A stretch of DNA of 64,000 nt from Octopus bimaculoides. Taxonomy: Eukaryota. The stretch is taken from contig NC_068996.1 in the NCBI RefSeq assembly GCF_001194135.2, forward strand, positions 6,535,152 to 6,599,151, in the 5' to 3' direction. The position numbers and the translations under genes were made by a program. The notes under the pieces were generated by a model. The model did no database searches. It was not told the DNA's origin and saw nothing but the letters and a program-made list of their open reading frames with translations. Positions 51,230 to 63,779 of this stretch are shown here, in pieces. How positions within the stretch are numbered: the stretch's first letter is position 1; the number at the start of each line of letters is the position of its first letter.

Positions 51230-52207
51230 NNNNNNNNNNNNNNNNNNNNNNNNNNNNNNNNNNNNNNNNNNNNNNNNNNNNNNNNNNNNNNNNNNNNNNN
51301 NNNNNNNNNNNNNNNNNNNNNNNNNNNNNNNNNNNNNNNNNNNNNNNNNNNNNNNNNNNNNNNNNNNNNNNNNNNNNNNNNNNNNNNNNNNNNNNNNNNN
51401 NNNNNNNNNNNNNNNNNNNNNNNNNNNNNNNNNNNNNNNNNNNNNNNNNNNNNNNNNNNNNNNNNNNNNNNNNNNNNNNNNNNNNNNNNNNNNNNNNNNN
51501 NNNNNNNNNNNNNNNNNNNNNNNNNNNNNNNNNNNNNNNNNNNNNNNNNNNNNNNNNNNNNNNNNNNNNNNNNNNNNNNNNNNNNNNNNNNNNNNNNNNN
51601 NNNNNNNNNNNNNNNNNNNNNNNNNNNNNNNNNNNNNNNNNNNNNNNNNNNNNNNNNNNNNNNNNNNNNNNNNNNNNNNNNNNNNNNNNNNNNNNNNNNN
51701 NNNNNNNNNNNNNNNNNNNNNNNNNNNNNNNNNNNNNNNNNNNNNNNNNNNNNNNNNNNNNNNNNNNNNNNNNNNNNNNNNNNNNNNNNNNNNNNNNNNN
51801 NNNNNNNNNNNNNNNNNNNNNNNNNNNNNNNNNNNNNNNNNNNNNNNNNNNNNNNNNNNNNNNNNNNNNNNNNNNNNNNNNNNNNNNNNNNNNNNNNNNN
51901 NNNNNNNNNNNNNNNNNNNNNNNNNNNNNNNNNNNNNNNNNNNNNNNNNNNNNNNNNNNNNNNNNNNNNNNNNNNNNNNNNNNNNNNNNNNNNNNNNNNN
52001 NNNNNNNNNNNNNNNNNNNNNNNNNNNNNNNNNNNNNNNNNNNNNNNNNNNNNNNNNNNNNNNNNNNNNNNNNNNNNNNNNNNNNNNNNNNNNNNNNNNN
52101 NNNNNNNNNNNNNNNNNNNNNNNNNNNNNNNNNNNNNNNNNNNNNNNNNNNNNNNNNNNNNNNNNNNNNNNNNNNNNNNNNNNNNNNNNNNNNNNNNNNN
52201 NNNNNNA
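51230..52207. other. Largest assembly gap (others include 6116-6377, 18170-18524, 19241-19597, 28790-29065, 31246-31628, 58385-58465, 59208-59438)
   Basis: N-runs; long ORF-track entries spanning them are artefacts. Confidence 0.99.
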
Positions 52208-53484
52208 GTAATAACGGTGAGAGGCGAAGGACGAGTAACAAGAGATAGAGAGAGAGAGAGAAGTAGTGACAGGTAGAGGTGAAGAACAGTAGAGAGAAGA
52301 ATGAGAGGGGGAGATAGAAATAGAGAGAGTCGCGTTAGAAAAAGAGTTAAAACTTACTGTATAAAGGTAACGCGTGCGTTCTGTCGTGATACAAACAATA
52401 TATGAGTATATGCATATATATGTACATGTATGTATATACGTTCATCTACATGTACATATAGATACATAACTGGGTACACACACACACACACACACACACA
52501 TATATGTAAACACATATACACAGTACTTCAAGAACTTAGTTTTCCCAAGTTGGGTGGAGGTTTTCAGAACTGCATAACGTCAGTAATCCTAGTTCCTTGT
52601 CATCTCTTCAATGAGTTTCAATGTCCTGAGAGCAGCCTTCATGTTCATTTCATGGTTTATGTAACAGCCACATTGAGGATGATTAGAATGAACAAGAGAG
52701 GAACATGTATTGACTGTATCTGTATGAAAAGAGTATAGAATTAGTAGATTCAGAAGAGCAACAGCTGGTCTCTTAGTCTTAGCAAATGTGACAGAGAGCA
52801 AACATGAAAATCAACAACTGGGGGGGGGGGGAATATATTGGAAATGAATGTTTGTAATGAATCGGTGCAACTAATAATAAATGTTCAGTATCGTTAAAAA
52901 GAAAAAACAAAAAAATTATGCACTGTAAATTTGTGGAGTTAAATAAGTTATATATTGACCTAATTAGTGAATATAGAATATTTTGAATCAATGAGGGCAA
53001 CTTCTATACAGTTACTCAATCTGCTAGAAATAGCAGTCAAAATTTCTTTCAAATTCAAATAACAATCCTGCTCTTTGAAAAAGGGGAAGGAGAAACTTTT
53101 TTTTTGATAGTATATCAAAGAGATATATTGTCTAAAAAAAAAGCATGTGGTGGTCATGGCTGAATAGCCTTTGATTATAGATTACAGATCTGTTCAATCG
53201 TGCTTCACATAGGTCTAAGCAACAATAATACTATTCTTGCTGTTGTTGTTGCTACTTCTACCATGATTACTACTAGATGATGGCAATACTACCACTACCA
53301 TAAAATTCAATCTTTTTTATTTTGCAACTCTTAAGTGCATTTTTCTCCATATTTTGTTCACTTGCTTGTTGCCTGCTCCATGTGCCCTTGCTCTACATGC
53401 AGATTTTCATTTTACTTCCAACTTTGAGCTGCAACTTGTTCTTGCCTATCATCTACTCCCTTCCAAAAGAGAAAATCTCCAAAG

Positions 53485-54593
53485 AGAAGATTTAGGAAGA
53501 TACTCCAATGAAATTAAATGGAGGGAATGTTATTAAAGCAATGAATATTTGGACTTTACCAGAATTAAGATATTCTGCTCTTTTTCCTAAAACGAACAAA
53601 GACAGAGCTAGAGTTAAATACAGAAGATGCCATTTGTACTGTGATACTGAGTTTGAAAAACTATGTTGTGTGTAGTGAAGAAAGAATGCTACCTGCAACC
53701 AGAGATATCTGAAAAGTTACTGGAATTGTAGGAGAATTCAAGAATAGAAAGAGGAACAACAGAACAAGTAGCTGGAAAGAGAAGGAATTACATGGCCAAT
53801 TCATGCAATGAGCTGAGGATGTCAGAAGTAAAAAACACTAGTTGTGGCTGACAGATGGAAACCTGAAATAAGAAACTGAGTAGTTGATTATAGCAGCCCA
53901 GGAACAAATCATTAGAAATAATTTCATAAGGACAAAGACTAATAAAACTCAGTTAAAGAGCTAATGGAAAATGTATGAAAAAAGGAAGAGGGGATGAAAG
54001 TATTAACCATCTAAGTGAATGCAATAAGCTAGCATGAAAAGAGTATAAGCACAAACATGACTGAATCAGTAAAAAAGTACATTGGAATGTTAGCTAAGTT
54101 TGTGATTTCAAGGTGATAGAAAAATTGTACAAACATGAGCCTGAGGCTGTGATGGTGAATGATAATAACAGGATTTTAAAAAGATTATTCAAAGAGACTG
54201 ACCATATTATTGTAGGAAGGAGACCACATATGCCTGTAGAGGACAGAAAACATAAACAGAATAAGACCATAGAATTTTCCATACCACATGTTAGTGGAGT
54301 GAAGATAAAGGAAATTGAGAACGCTGAGATATATCAAGACCCAGCCAGACACAGATCAGAAAATATAATGGTGAAAATTGTTCTTGTGGTGGTTTATGCA
54401 CTTGGAACAACACCCAAACTACTACATAGGTGACTAAAGATTATTGGAATTGGTACATATATTGTTGACCTGCAAGAAAGTGTCAATTTGTATTCAGCAA
54501 GAATCCTAAGAAAGATTTGTGAGATTTGAGGGGGTTTGCTGTCACCAAACCTTAGTATTTGCTGCTAATTAAATCCACATATAATAACTTTTA
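53485..54593 (+). mobile_element. R4/Dong-clade (RLE-type) LINE 3' fragment
   Basis: KLNGGNVIKAMNIWTLPELRYSA; WKEKELHGQF; LIIAAQEQII; YKHEPEAV; ALGTTPK; SARILRKICEI*; ends in (TAA)n. Confidence 0.82.
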
Positions 54594-54638
<45 letters not shown>

Positions 54639-55170
54639 CCTTTCTACTAAAGGCACAAAGCCTGAAATTTGGGGGGAGGGGACTACATTGATCCCAGTGT
54701 TTCACTGGTACTTAATTTATCAGCCCCTGAAAGGGTGAAAGGCAAAGTCGACTTCAGTGGAATTTGAACACGGGGGAGGATTAAGTCAATTACATTGAGC
54801 CCAGTGAACTGCTGGTATATATTTTATCAACTCTGAAAGTATGAAAGGCAAAGCCAACCCTAACTGCATTTGAACTCAGAATGCAGTCTGAAGAGATGCC
54901 ACAAAGCATTTAATCTGGTGCAGTAACAATTCTATAAGCTTGCACTTTAATAATAATAAAAATCCCTTCTGCTATAAGACACAAGGTCTGAAATTTTGGG
55001 TGAAAGGACTTGTCAATTATATTAACCCCAATGCTCAAGTGGTACTTATTTCATTGGCTCTGAAAAAAGATAAAAGACTAAATCAACCTTGGTAGTATTT
55101 GAACCCAGAACATAAAAGTAGATAAAATGCCATTAAGCATTTTGTTCAGCATGCTAAAGATTCAGCCAGA
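54639..55170 (-). mobile_element. Three head-to-tail SINE-2 copies
   Basis: Units start near 54639, 54770 and 54965; the first shares the (AAT)n tract 54594-54638. Confidence 0.8.
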
Positions 55171-55469
55171 ATAATACATGTGTGTGTGTGTGTGTGTGTT
55201 TGTGTGTGTTTGTGTGTGTGTGTGCGTGCGTGCGTGTGTTTGTGTGTACTCTTGTGTTGACATCATGTGATGGCTATAAATGAACATGACTCATACAAAT
55301 GATGTTCGTCTCCTGTCTCCTGTGAGAAATATGTCTGGCCATGGGAAATATCATCTTGCTTGGAAACAGGTAAAGGTTAGTGACAGAAAGAGCATCAAGC
55401 TGTAGAAAATTTTACACAATGAATTCCATCTGGCCCATGCCAGCATGAAACAGTGAACATTAAGTGAGT

Positions 55470-55990
55470 ATTATCATTACTATTTTTCTTTTTGTAACTC
55501 AGATTTTGTTGGAATACCTGGAGTCTTGCATGCATAACAGGCTTTCTCCCTTCAGCCTATGGTACCATGCTATCTGTTCTTTACAATTATCTAATACATT
55601 TTTGATTATTCTGGCTGTGCCAGGGAGGCAAAGCTTCTGTAAAAGCTCTACTGGGTACTCTATTTTGGTTTCATTTATATTCCTCCTGATGTCTTCTGAT
55701 ACTATTCCCAAGGACCCGACAATAATTGGCACTATCTTCACCTTCATTTTCCATATTCAGACTATCTTGTATTTAAGAGGATTGTATATGTCTATTTTTT
55801 TAATCTTCCGTTTTGATTATTTGTGGGTCAAAGAGGTAACATCAATTATGTAGCACATATGGTTCACCTTGTCCACCACCACTAAGTCTGGCTTGTACTG
55901 TAGCACCTGGTCTGCTCGGAATAAGAAATCCCACAGAATTTTGTAGGTCTCTGACTCCTCAGAACTCTCAATTTCACTTGCTTCTACTAA
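55470..55990 (-). mobile_element. R4/Dong 3' fragment (RLE domain)
   Basis: YKILWDFLFRADQVLQYKPDLVVVDKVNHMCYIIDV...VKIVPIIVGSLG...ELLQKLCLPGTARIIKNVL; degenerate TAA tail. Confidence 0.85.
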
Positions 55991-56019
55991 TTCTGTAAGA
56001 GTGGACAACAATCTGTTGT

Positions 56020-56520
56020 TAAGGTTTCACAGAATCTTCTTCCACAATATGGAACATCCAAATACCAATCTAAGCATATTCTACCCTGAGGTTCTTCCCA
56101 ATTTCTCCAACAATTTTTTCAAACCTGGTTGTTAATGCTCCTAGTGCCCCTACAACTACTGGGATAATAGTTTCTTTCTTCATTTCCCTCATTCATGCAA
56201 TCTCATCTTTTACTGGCTTGTACTTCTCTATCTTATACATCCCCAGGTATAGCAATATCTATGATCTTGGTTTCCTTCAACATTTTATTTACTACAACAA
56301 TGTCTGGTCTCTGAGTATGAATCACTGAAACACACTAGATTCTAAGATCTTATATCTGTTATTCTCAGTGATGCCTTCTGGTTTATATTTGTACCATTTC
56401 AATGTCTTTTCAAGACTGTACTTCTTTCACAATTTTCAATAAACATACTTAGCTATGTTGTTATACTACCTTTTGTATTCCTTTTGATAACAAATTGTCT
56501 TATAAGTCTGTACTTATCAA
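56020..56520 (-). mobile_element. R4/Dong 3' fragment, tandem with the previous copy
   Basis: WYKYKPEGITENNRYKIL; RPDIVVVNK...IIDIAIPG; IIPVVVGALG. Confidence 0.78.
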
Positions 56521-56825
56521 GACAATTGTATTTTAAAAATTCTCTTGAAAAACAGGCAAAGGTTTCTGATGGGAAGGACATCCAGTTATAAAATAATGCT
56601 TCAGTAATAAATATTTGTTCAACCCATGTTAGTATGGAAAAATGGATGAATAAGTGTACACTCTGTAAAGTGGTTGACATTAGGAATGGCATCCAGCTGT
56701 AGAAACCATGTCGAAACTGACAGCACAGTTTGGCACAGTCCTCTGGCCTGTCAACTTCTGTCAAACTATCCAACCCATGCCAGCATGGAAAATGGATCTT
56801 AAATGATGATGACAGTGATAATGTA

Positions 56826-56856
<31 letters not shown>

Positions 56857-57189
56857 GCATGTGCATGCATGTATGTATAGTGAGAGCACATGATCTAGTG
56901 GTTAGGGTGTTGCACTCACAACCATAAGATCATAGTTTCAATTCCCAGGCAGGTCAGTGCATTGTGTTCTTGATAAAACACTTCATTTTATGTTGTTCTG
57001 TAATCTCTTTGATATCTAATGCATGGTACACCATGCACCTGTTCAGGCAACATCAGTTTGATGAAGTGGGTGAGCTAATGTGCAGCACAAGCATTTGATC
57101 ACTATAAGCAAATCATTTGAGCAGGTTATTCATCAAGAAACTACAGAACCCTATTTTTTTAATTGAGAGACTACTATTAATGTTTATCA

Positions 57190-57418
57190 TTAACCCATTA
57201 GTATTTAAACCAGCCATATCTGGCCAAAATAGTTTACCCACTGCATGTTTAAACTGGTTGGATCCAACCTCTTGCACCTATCTGACAATGTCATTCTTAA
57301 AATAAACAATCAAATCACCAAAATCTTGAAGACATGAGATAATGCATGATGATCTCAAAAGAATGTGAAGAAATAAGGATTTCATTTGACAGAATAATCT
57401 GAATGCTAAAGGGTTTAA
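57190..57418. mobile_element. piggyBac-like MITE
   Basis: TTAA|CCCATTAGTATT ... AATGCTAAAGGG|TTTAA; further partial copy near 28600-28720. Confidence 0.72.
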
Positions 57419-58202
57419 GGTACAACTTTACATAATTAAAATTTCTTGGTACACTACATTTAGTATTTTAGTGTCCATGTTAGTGCTAGTACGTTGGTGG
57501 ATTTTCATTATTCAGTGACAAGGATGCAATTGTTTGTTTGATCAGCTGAATTATCTGCTCCTGAATTAGTGTCTAAGTGACTAAGCAGTTCACAGGTGCA
57601 TGTGTCCTTAGTGTAACTCTCATATTGGATCAATGTGATACAGTGTATGTATAACAAGGCATTATCTTTTGAATTATAGGTTTTTAAACAATTTCACTCA
57701 TCAAGGTATGGATTGATTTGGAGGCTATTGAAAATGACACCTGTCCTAGATAATATCCTGTAGTGGTTGGTGTTAGGTAGGGCATCTAGTTATAGAAAAC
57801 ATGCCAAAAATGGAATATAAGAATGTAATCCCTGACCAATCTAGGAGGGCAGCACCTCTAGATAAGAACTAACTCAGCCAAAGACCACCCATTCAACACA
57901 TGCTAGCATGGAAATTCAGACATTGAAACATGATTCTTACATGTGTGTTTATATCTGTCTCTATCTATTTATCCACACATCCATTTGTCCATTCAACCAT
58001 CTATCTGTTGGTCTGTCTGTATGTTTGTTTATACATTTAGCCATCCATCCACATCTGTCTATCTGTCTATCCATCTGTTATGTGTGTGTGTGTGCGCGCG
58101 CATGTGTTTTGCACGTGTTTACTTTTTTTCAAGCTTGTTATATTGAAGACAATATAACCTTTTATTGAAAATTGTTTTCATATTTCTTCATTTATATGCA
58201 CA

Positions 58203-58600
58203 GATGTGGCTGTGTAGTAAGAAGCTTGCTTCCCAATCACATGGTTCTGGGTTCAGCCCCACTACATAGCACCTTGGGCAAGTGTCTTCTGCTATAGCAT
58301 CGGGCTGACCAAAGTCTTGTGAGTGGATTTGGTAGACGGAAACTGAAAGAAGCCCATCGTATATATATATATATATATATATATNNNNNNNNNNNNNNNN
58401 NNNNNNNNNNNNNNNNNNNNNNNNNNNNNNNNNNNNNNNNNNNNNNNNNNNNNNNNNNNNNNNNNCAGGTGTGTTAATTTGATGCTTGGGAAAATGAAAG
58501 AAGTCTTTTACATTTTGAGCCTACGCTCTCTAACAGAAAGGAATAAGAGAAAAAATAAACAGAGAGAATGAAAAGAAATGTGTAGATTTAGTGGTCAAGC
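58203..58600. mobile_element. SINE-1 head (+, 58203-58370), gap, then a Penelope-like tail fragment (-, 58466-58600)
   Basis: Reverse complement of 58504-58541 is cctttCTGTTAGAGAGCGTAGGCTCaaaatgtaaaaga, a CpG-decayed copy of the 63870 motif. Confidence 0.72.
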
Positions 58601-59130
58601 TAATGTATGTATGTATCAGTGTGTGTGTTTTTGTGTCTGTGTTTGTCAGCCCATCACCACTTGATAACTGTGTTTACATCACTATTACTTAGTGGCTCAC
58701 CAAAAGAGACCAATTGAATAAGTACTAGGCTTAAGGATTAAGTCCTGGAGTTGATTTGTTCAACTAAAAAAAAGCCCTTTGAGGCAGTGCTCCAGCACGG
58801 CCACAGTCGAATGACTGAAACAGGTCATTAGTTCCTTCAGTTTTTTGGGGTTTTTTTTTATGACAGTAACATTACTAAGTCTGTTAATTTTGAATGATGA
58901 TGCCATGTTTGTAATAATCAAGCAGCTAGGGATAATTTTTTTTTTATATGCCTTAGTAAGAAACATACAAATATATTTAAGGAAACTTTACTTCAGCTAT
59001 CACATTCAATCACAATGCTCCATGTAAACTACTTACACACATGAATGTATAGCTGTGAAACTCATGCTGTTTGTGTGCATGCATGCGTGTATACATACTT
59101 GTCAGAAATAGGTTACTGTGAAATGCCAGG

Positions 59131-59133
<3 letters not shown>

Positions 59134-59207
<74 letters not shown>

Positions 59208-59650
59208 NNNNNNNNNNNNNNNNNNNNNNNNNNNNNNNNNNNNNNNNNNNNNNNNNNNNNNNNNNNNNNNNNNNNNNNNNNNNNNNNNNNNNNNNNNNNN
59301 NNNNNNNNNNNNNNNNNNNNNNNNNNNNNNNNNNNNNNNNNNNNNNNNNNNNNNNNNNNNNNNNNNNNNNNNNNNNNNNNNNNNNNNNNNNNNNNNNNNN
59401 NNNNNNNNNNNNNNNNNNNNNNNNNNNNNNNNNNNNNNGAAGAAGAAGAAGAAGAAGAAGAAGAAAAAGAAGAAGAAGAAGAAGAAGAAGAAAGGGAAGA
59501 AGAAGAAGAAGAAAGGGAAGAAGAAAAATAATAAGAAGAAGAAGAAGAAGAAAGGGAAGAAGAAAAATAAGAAGATGAAGAAGAAGAAGAGGAAGAGGAA
59601 GAAAAAGATGAAGGAGAAGAAGAAGAAGAAGAAGAAGAAGAAGAAGAAAT
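59134..59650. repeat. (ATT)n and (GAA)n microsatellites around a gap
   Basis: Direct reading; source of the poly-F/Y/R/E ORFs. Confidence 0.95.
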
Positions 59651-60124
59651 TAAACATAAAGAGAATAAGAGCCTCTCTGTAATCGCTCATGTTGTTAGAA
59701 ATAGCAACCAAATACCTCTCAAATTAAATCCTACTATTTTTTTAAAGCAAGGATACATGAGATAATGTAATCACAGATGTACCTAAAAATGTAAATAGGT
59801 ATGAGGTAAAGTACCTGGGGGTTTAAATAACAGCAAGGCTTATGCGTGTGTCTGTTGCATATGTTTTTGTAAAGATGTAGGATGGTCGGATTTGTAGTTT
59901 TAAGTTGAAAATAGTGAAGAGATGATGAATTCTTGGCTAATTCTCTGGAAAATTAGTCTCTGAATGTGTTGTTTTATTCTTTTCATCAGTTTAGCAGCCT
60001 CAAAGATATAGTCAAGTGCAATTTATATGCATAATGTAACATTAAAAAAAAGCAATAAAAATCAATAAAAAAGTGGTTTTTAAATTAACTGAAAGTTTTT
60101 TAAATCCAAGGAAAAGTAATTGTC

Positions 60125-60161
60125 ACTGTCATCATCATCGTTCACCACCACCACCACCATC

Positions 60162-60192
<31 letters not shown>

Positions 60193-60640
60193 CCACCACC
60201 ACCACCGTAATCATCATCATCATCACCACCACCACCACCACCACCTTCATCATTATTGTTGTCATCACCATCATCATTCTCATCATCATCATCATCATCA
60301 CTACCAATACCATCACCAACATTTAACTTCTGTTTTCCATGCTGGCATGGGTTGGATGGTTTGACAGGATCTGGCAAGGCAGAGAACTGCACCAGGTTCC
60401 ATTGTCTGCTTTGGCATGGTTTCTATAGCTGGATGCCGTTCTTAACACCAACCACTTCACGGGGTATACTGGGTGCTTTTTTATGTGGCACCATCATCTG
60501 TGGGGTCACCAAGTAACTTGTAAGACAATGATTGCACAACTGAGAGGGGCATCTGAGGTGACTTTGTGCCAGTTGAGAGGTTATAGTATTATAGAAGAAT
60601 AAAGATAGGTGTCTTGCTATAGAGAAGATACTTGGCTAAA
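60125..60640 (-). mobile_element. Old RTE 3' end with an expanded (CAC/CAT)n tail
   Basis: catttaac...ttccatgctggcatgggttgg terminus at about 60320; the microsatellite continues from the tail. Confidence 0.78.
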
Positions 60641-60667
60641 ACATTTATAATTTAGAGTTAAGCATAG

Positions 60668-60802
60668 TTTTCATTGAGAAGGAACTTTAAAACTTTAAAT
60701 TGGTTAAAAAGTAAATGGAAGTATACAGCAGGAATTGACTCTGATCTTTGGCAGTATAGTGACAACACTGGACATGTTCCAGACTTATATTTCATTAGAA
60801 AA
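60668..60802 (+). CDS. Candidate 135-nt exon (FSLRRNFKTLNWLKSKWKYTAGIDSDLWQYSDNTGHVPDLYFIRK)
   Basis: 45 open codons, phase 0-0; weak splice sites (gcatAG / GTATAT). Confidence 0.2.
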
Positions 60803-61459
60803 GTATATTGTAATTCATAAATACCAATTCTTAGAATAAATTTGATAGTATATAATTTATGCATAAAAGATAGGCAAGTTAAAATAATGACAATGGAAAA
60901 TTTCCAAGGGAAGGTCTCTGCATGAGAAACAAACAGTTAAGTGCAGGCTGGCATAATTAGCATAGTAACCTGGTAGTTATATGTATTATGCTTCACTAAG
61001 GCTATCTATTAAGACTGGAACTTGTCCATAACTATCATAGGTTAGACAAATTTCCCACTACATACCTCCATTTAGTTTTTAATAAATTTAAATTGCAGAA
61101 TTATTTCCCTTAGCTCTCATGATATGAAATTTTTGTTACTACCAGTGATTATTTTTTGCATTACAAATACAATTTCAGCTCATTAAACATTAAGTATATT
61201 AGCCTGCACTTAACTATATGTCCTTCATGCAGAGGGCATCCTTATATAAGTTTTCCATCTAATAGCTAGTTTGCTATCCACAATTTTGTTCTTTTTTTTT
61301 ATTAAGTAAATCTTGTGTTGCTTTTATTGATGTGGTGGATGCTATTATTGTTGTTGTTGTTGGTATCAAGGGTGGTTGTGTGATAGTGTCCTTGTTATTT
61401 AGTATCAGATCAGCCCTGATCAAGCAGACATATAATCAAAAGTATTCCAGCTTTAAACA

Positions 61460-61752
61460 AACTACTGTGATATTTGTAGTAAATCATTCACTCGGCCAGG
61501 TAGTTTAACAATTCATATATACTGGGAAAAACACCAAATCACTGTGATATCTGTGGTAAATCATTCTCTTTAAATGATCAGTTAACTACTCATGAATGTA
61601 TCCACAGAAAAGAAAAACCCTGTTTATGACATCTGTAGTAAATCATTCTCTCAAAGGAGACAACTAAGCACAAATATAATTAACACAGAAGAGAAGCTGT
61701 GTAACGGATATCACTAGTTAATCATTCTCACAAACAGAACACTTAACTACAC
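61460..61752 (+). pseudogene. C2H2 zinc-finger array remnant, four degenerate fingers
   Basis: YCDICSKSFTRPGSLTIH / GKTPNHCDICGKSFSLNDQLTTHECIHRKEKP / DICSKSFSQRRQLST / DITS*SFSQTEHLTT; spacing about 77-82 nt instead of 84, so each junction is frameshifted. Confidence 0.88.
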
Positions 61753-62593
61753 TTTTTCTTGTTCCACTTTTTCTTTTCCTATTTCGTTCCCTTTTTTTGT
61801 TTTTGTTTTGTTTTTAGCCACAAGTCTTCAATTTCCAAACAGCTAAATAATGTCAGCAAAAGGACATCCATGAGTCATGACCTGGATGTGCCCAGGCCCC
61901 TTTGGTGTGTGAGAAGTTAAAAGGCCAAAACACTTGACTGAGGGGAGGTTTCTTTTCTGAACACCTTCTTTTGTTCAGCTCTTCTGAGAATTTCTTACCA
62001 CAATAAAAATCAGATTGAAAAATCTGAAAAAAGTTTGCTTTCAATGACATGGTTTCAAGTTTGCTTCCTCTGTGTGGCACCTTGAGCAAGTGTCTTCTAG
62101 ATTAGCTTCAGGCCACAAAGCCTTCTGTGATGGATCTTCTGCAGCAACTTATCTATTGCTGTGACTTATATACTCATAAGGTCATGAGTTTGATTCCTGG
62201 TGGCATGTTGTGTCCTTGAACAAGACACTTTGTTTCACATTGCTCCAGTCCCACTCAACTGGCAAAAATGAGTTGAACATGTAGTTCAAAGATCCAGCTA
62301 TCTCACACTTGGTGACATACTGAATTTTCCCGAGAGCTATATGAAGGGAACATGCGTCTGTGGAATGCTCAGCCAGTTGCACATTAATTCCACGAGCAGG
62401 CTATTCCATTGATCGGGTCAGCTGGAGCCCTTGTTGTCATAACTGACATAGTGCGTTGTATGTGAGTATACACTGTGAAGATGTGGACAATATTGTTGCA
62501 GTGAAGTATACTCCACTGTTTAGAATAGAACTTATAAAAATATCCTCCCTAAAAGCTGTACAAAATTGTGATGAAGAATTTAATAATTGATGT

Positions 62594-62977
62594 TCTTTTA
62601 TTTGTTTCAGTCATTTGACTGCGGCCATGCTGGAGCACCGCCTTTAGTCGAGCAAATCAACCTCAGGACTCATTCTTTGTAAGCCTTCTACTTACTCTAT
62701 CGGTCTCTTCTGCCGAACCACTAAGTTACAGGGACAATAAAGACACCAGCATCAGTTGTCAAGCAATGCTGGGGGAACAAACACAGACATACAAACATAT
62801 ATATATATATACATATATATGACGGACTTCTTTCTGTTTCTTTCTACCAAATCCACTCACAAAGCTTTGGTCAGCCCGAGGCTATAGTAGAAGACACTTG
62901 CCCAAGGTGCCACACAGTAGGACTGAACCCGGAACCATGTGGTTGGTAAGCAAGCTACTTACCACACAGCCACTCCT
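62594..62977 (-). mobile_element. Full-length young SINE-1
   Basis: Highly similar to 43828-44228. Confidence 0.9.
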
Positions 62978-63196
62978 ATGAAATTTCAACCAGGAAGATT
63001 TTAATTCAATTATGAAGACTTTAATATAAGCACAGGATTTTTATTTCTTTGATGGTAGTCAGGTGATTGATGCTTGTAACATTGGACGAGAAGCAGTCAT
63101 AAAGCAGGTTGGTATTAAAAGAGTTAATCTTTTTGTTTCCTTCTTTCTTGAAATTCCTGAGTAACNNNNNNNNNNTCCATTCTCTTCTTCAGATGT

Positions 63197-63241
<45 letters not shown>

Positions 63242-63779
63242 ATACATATATAAATAAGTACACCCAAGACTAAAATATACAAACCTGAGGCAATCAATTC
63301 CACGCCTCCCGTTTATACATCCTAACTTTTTCAGATCTACTGCACAGGCGCAGCTCTTCGCCAGCAATAAAAAAAATGCCAACTTTTAAAATTCGAAAAA
63401 TATCCAAATAATTTTTATTTTTTCATTTCGTTCCCTTTGGAATTTTATCCCTAATTTTTGTGGTTCTGGAACCTAGCTGTTCTTTCTAGCGTAAGGAATT
63501 CCATGAGTGGATTCCTCTTATGTATTTAAACATACACTGTACCTTATGAGTAATTCATAGTCTTTGGACTAAACTTTAATACGCTAGGCCACTTGGAAGT
63601 GAAAATCTTTATTAATTTCCATTTCCCTTTGATATGATCTCCCTTCCCCATTTTCACACTACATACGTCAAGATCACCAGCATTCTACCTCCCACACACA
63701 GCCCCTCGTTCCCGATCACCGTTTGTTATCTCCCCCTTTCTTAGCTCTCCTGAAAAAAGAATTTCTAACTTCCGATCAG

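Noticed and set aside
51207-52276. Longest ORFs in the track (300+ aa)
   Set aside because: Almost entirely N-gap.
61440-61750. Regular ~80-bp repeat with variable spacers (CRISPR-like at first sight)
   Set aside because: It translates as C2H2 zinc fingers and lies in eukaryotic DNA with no cas genes.
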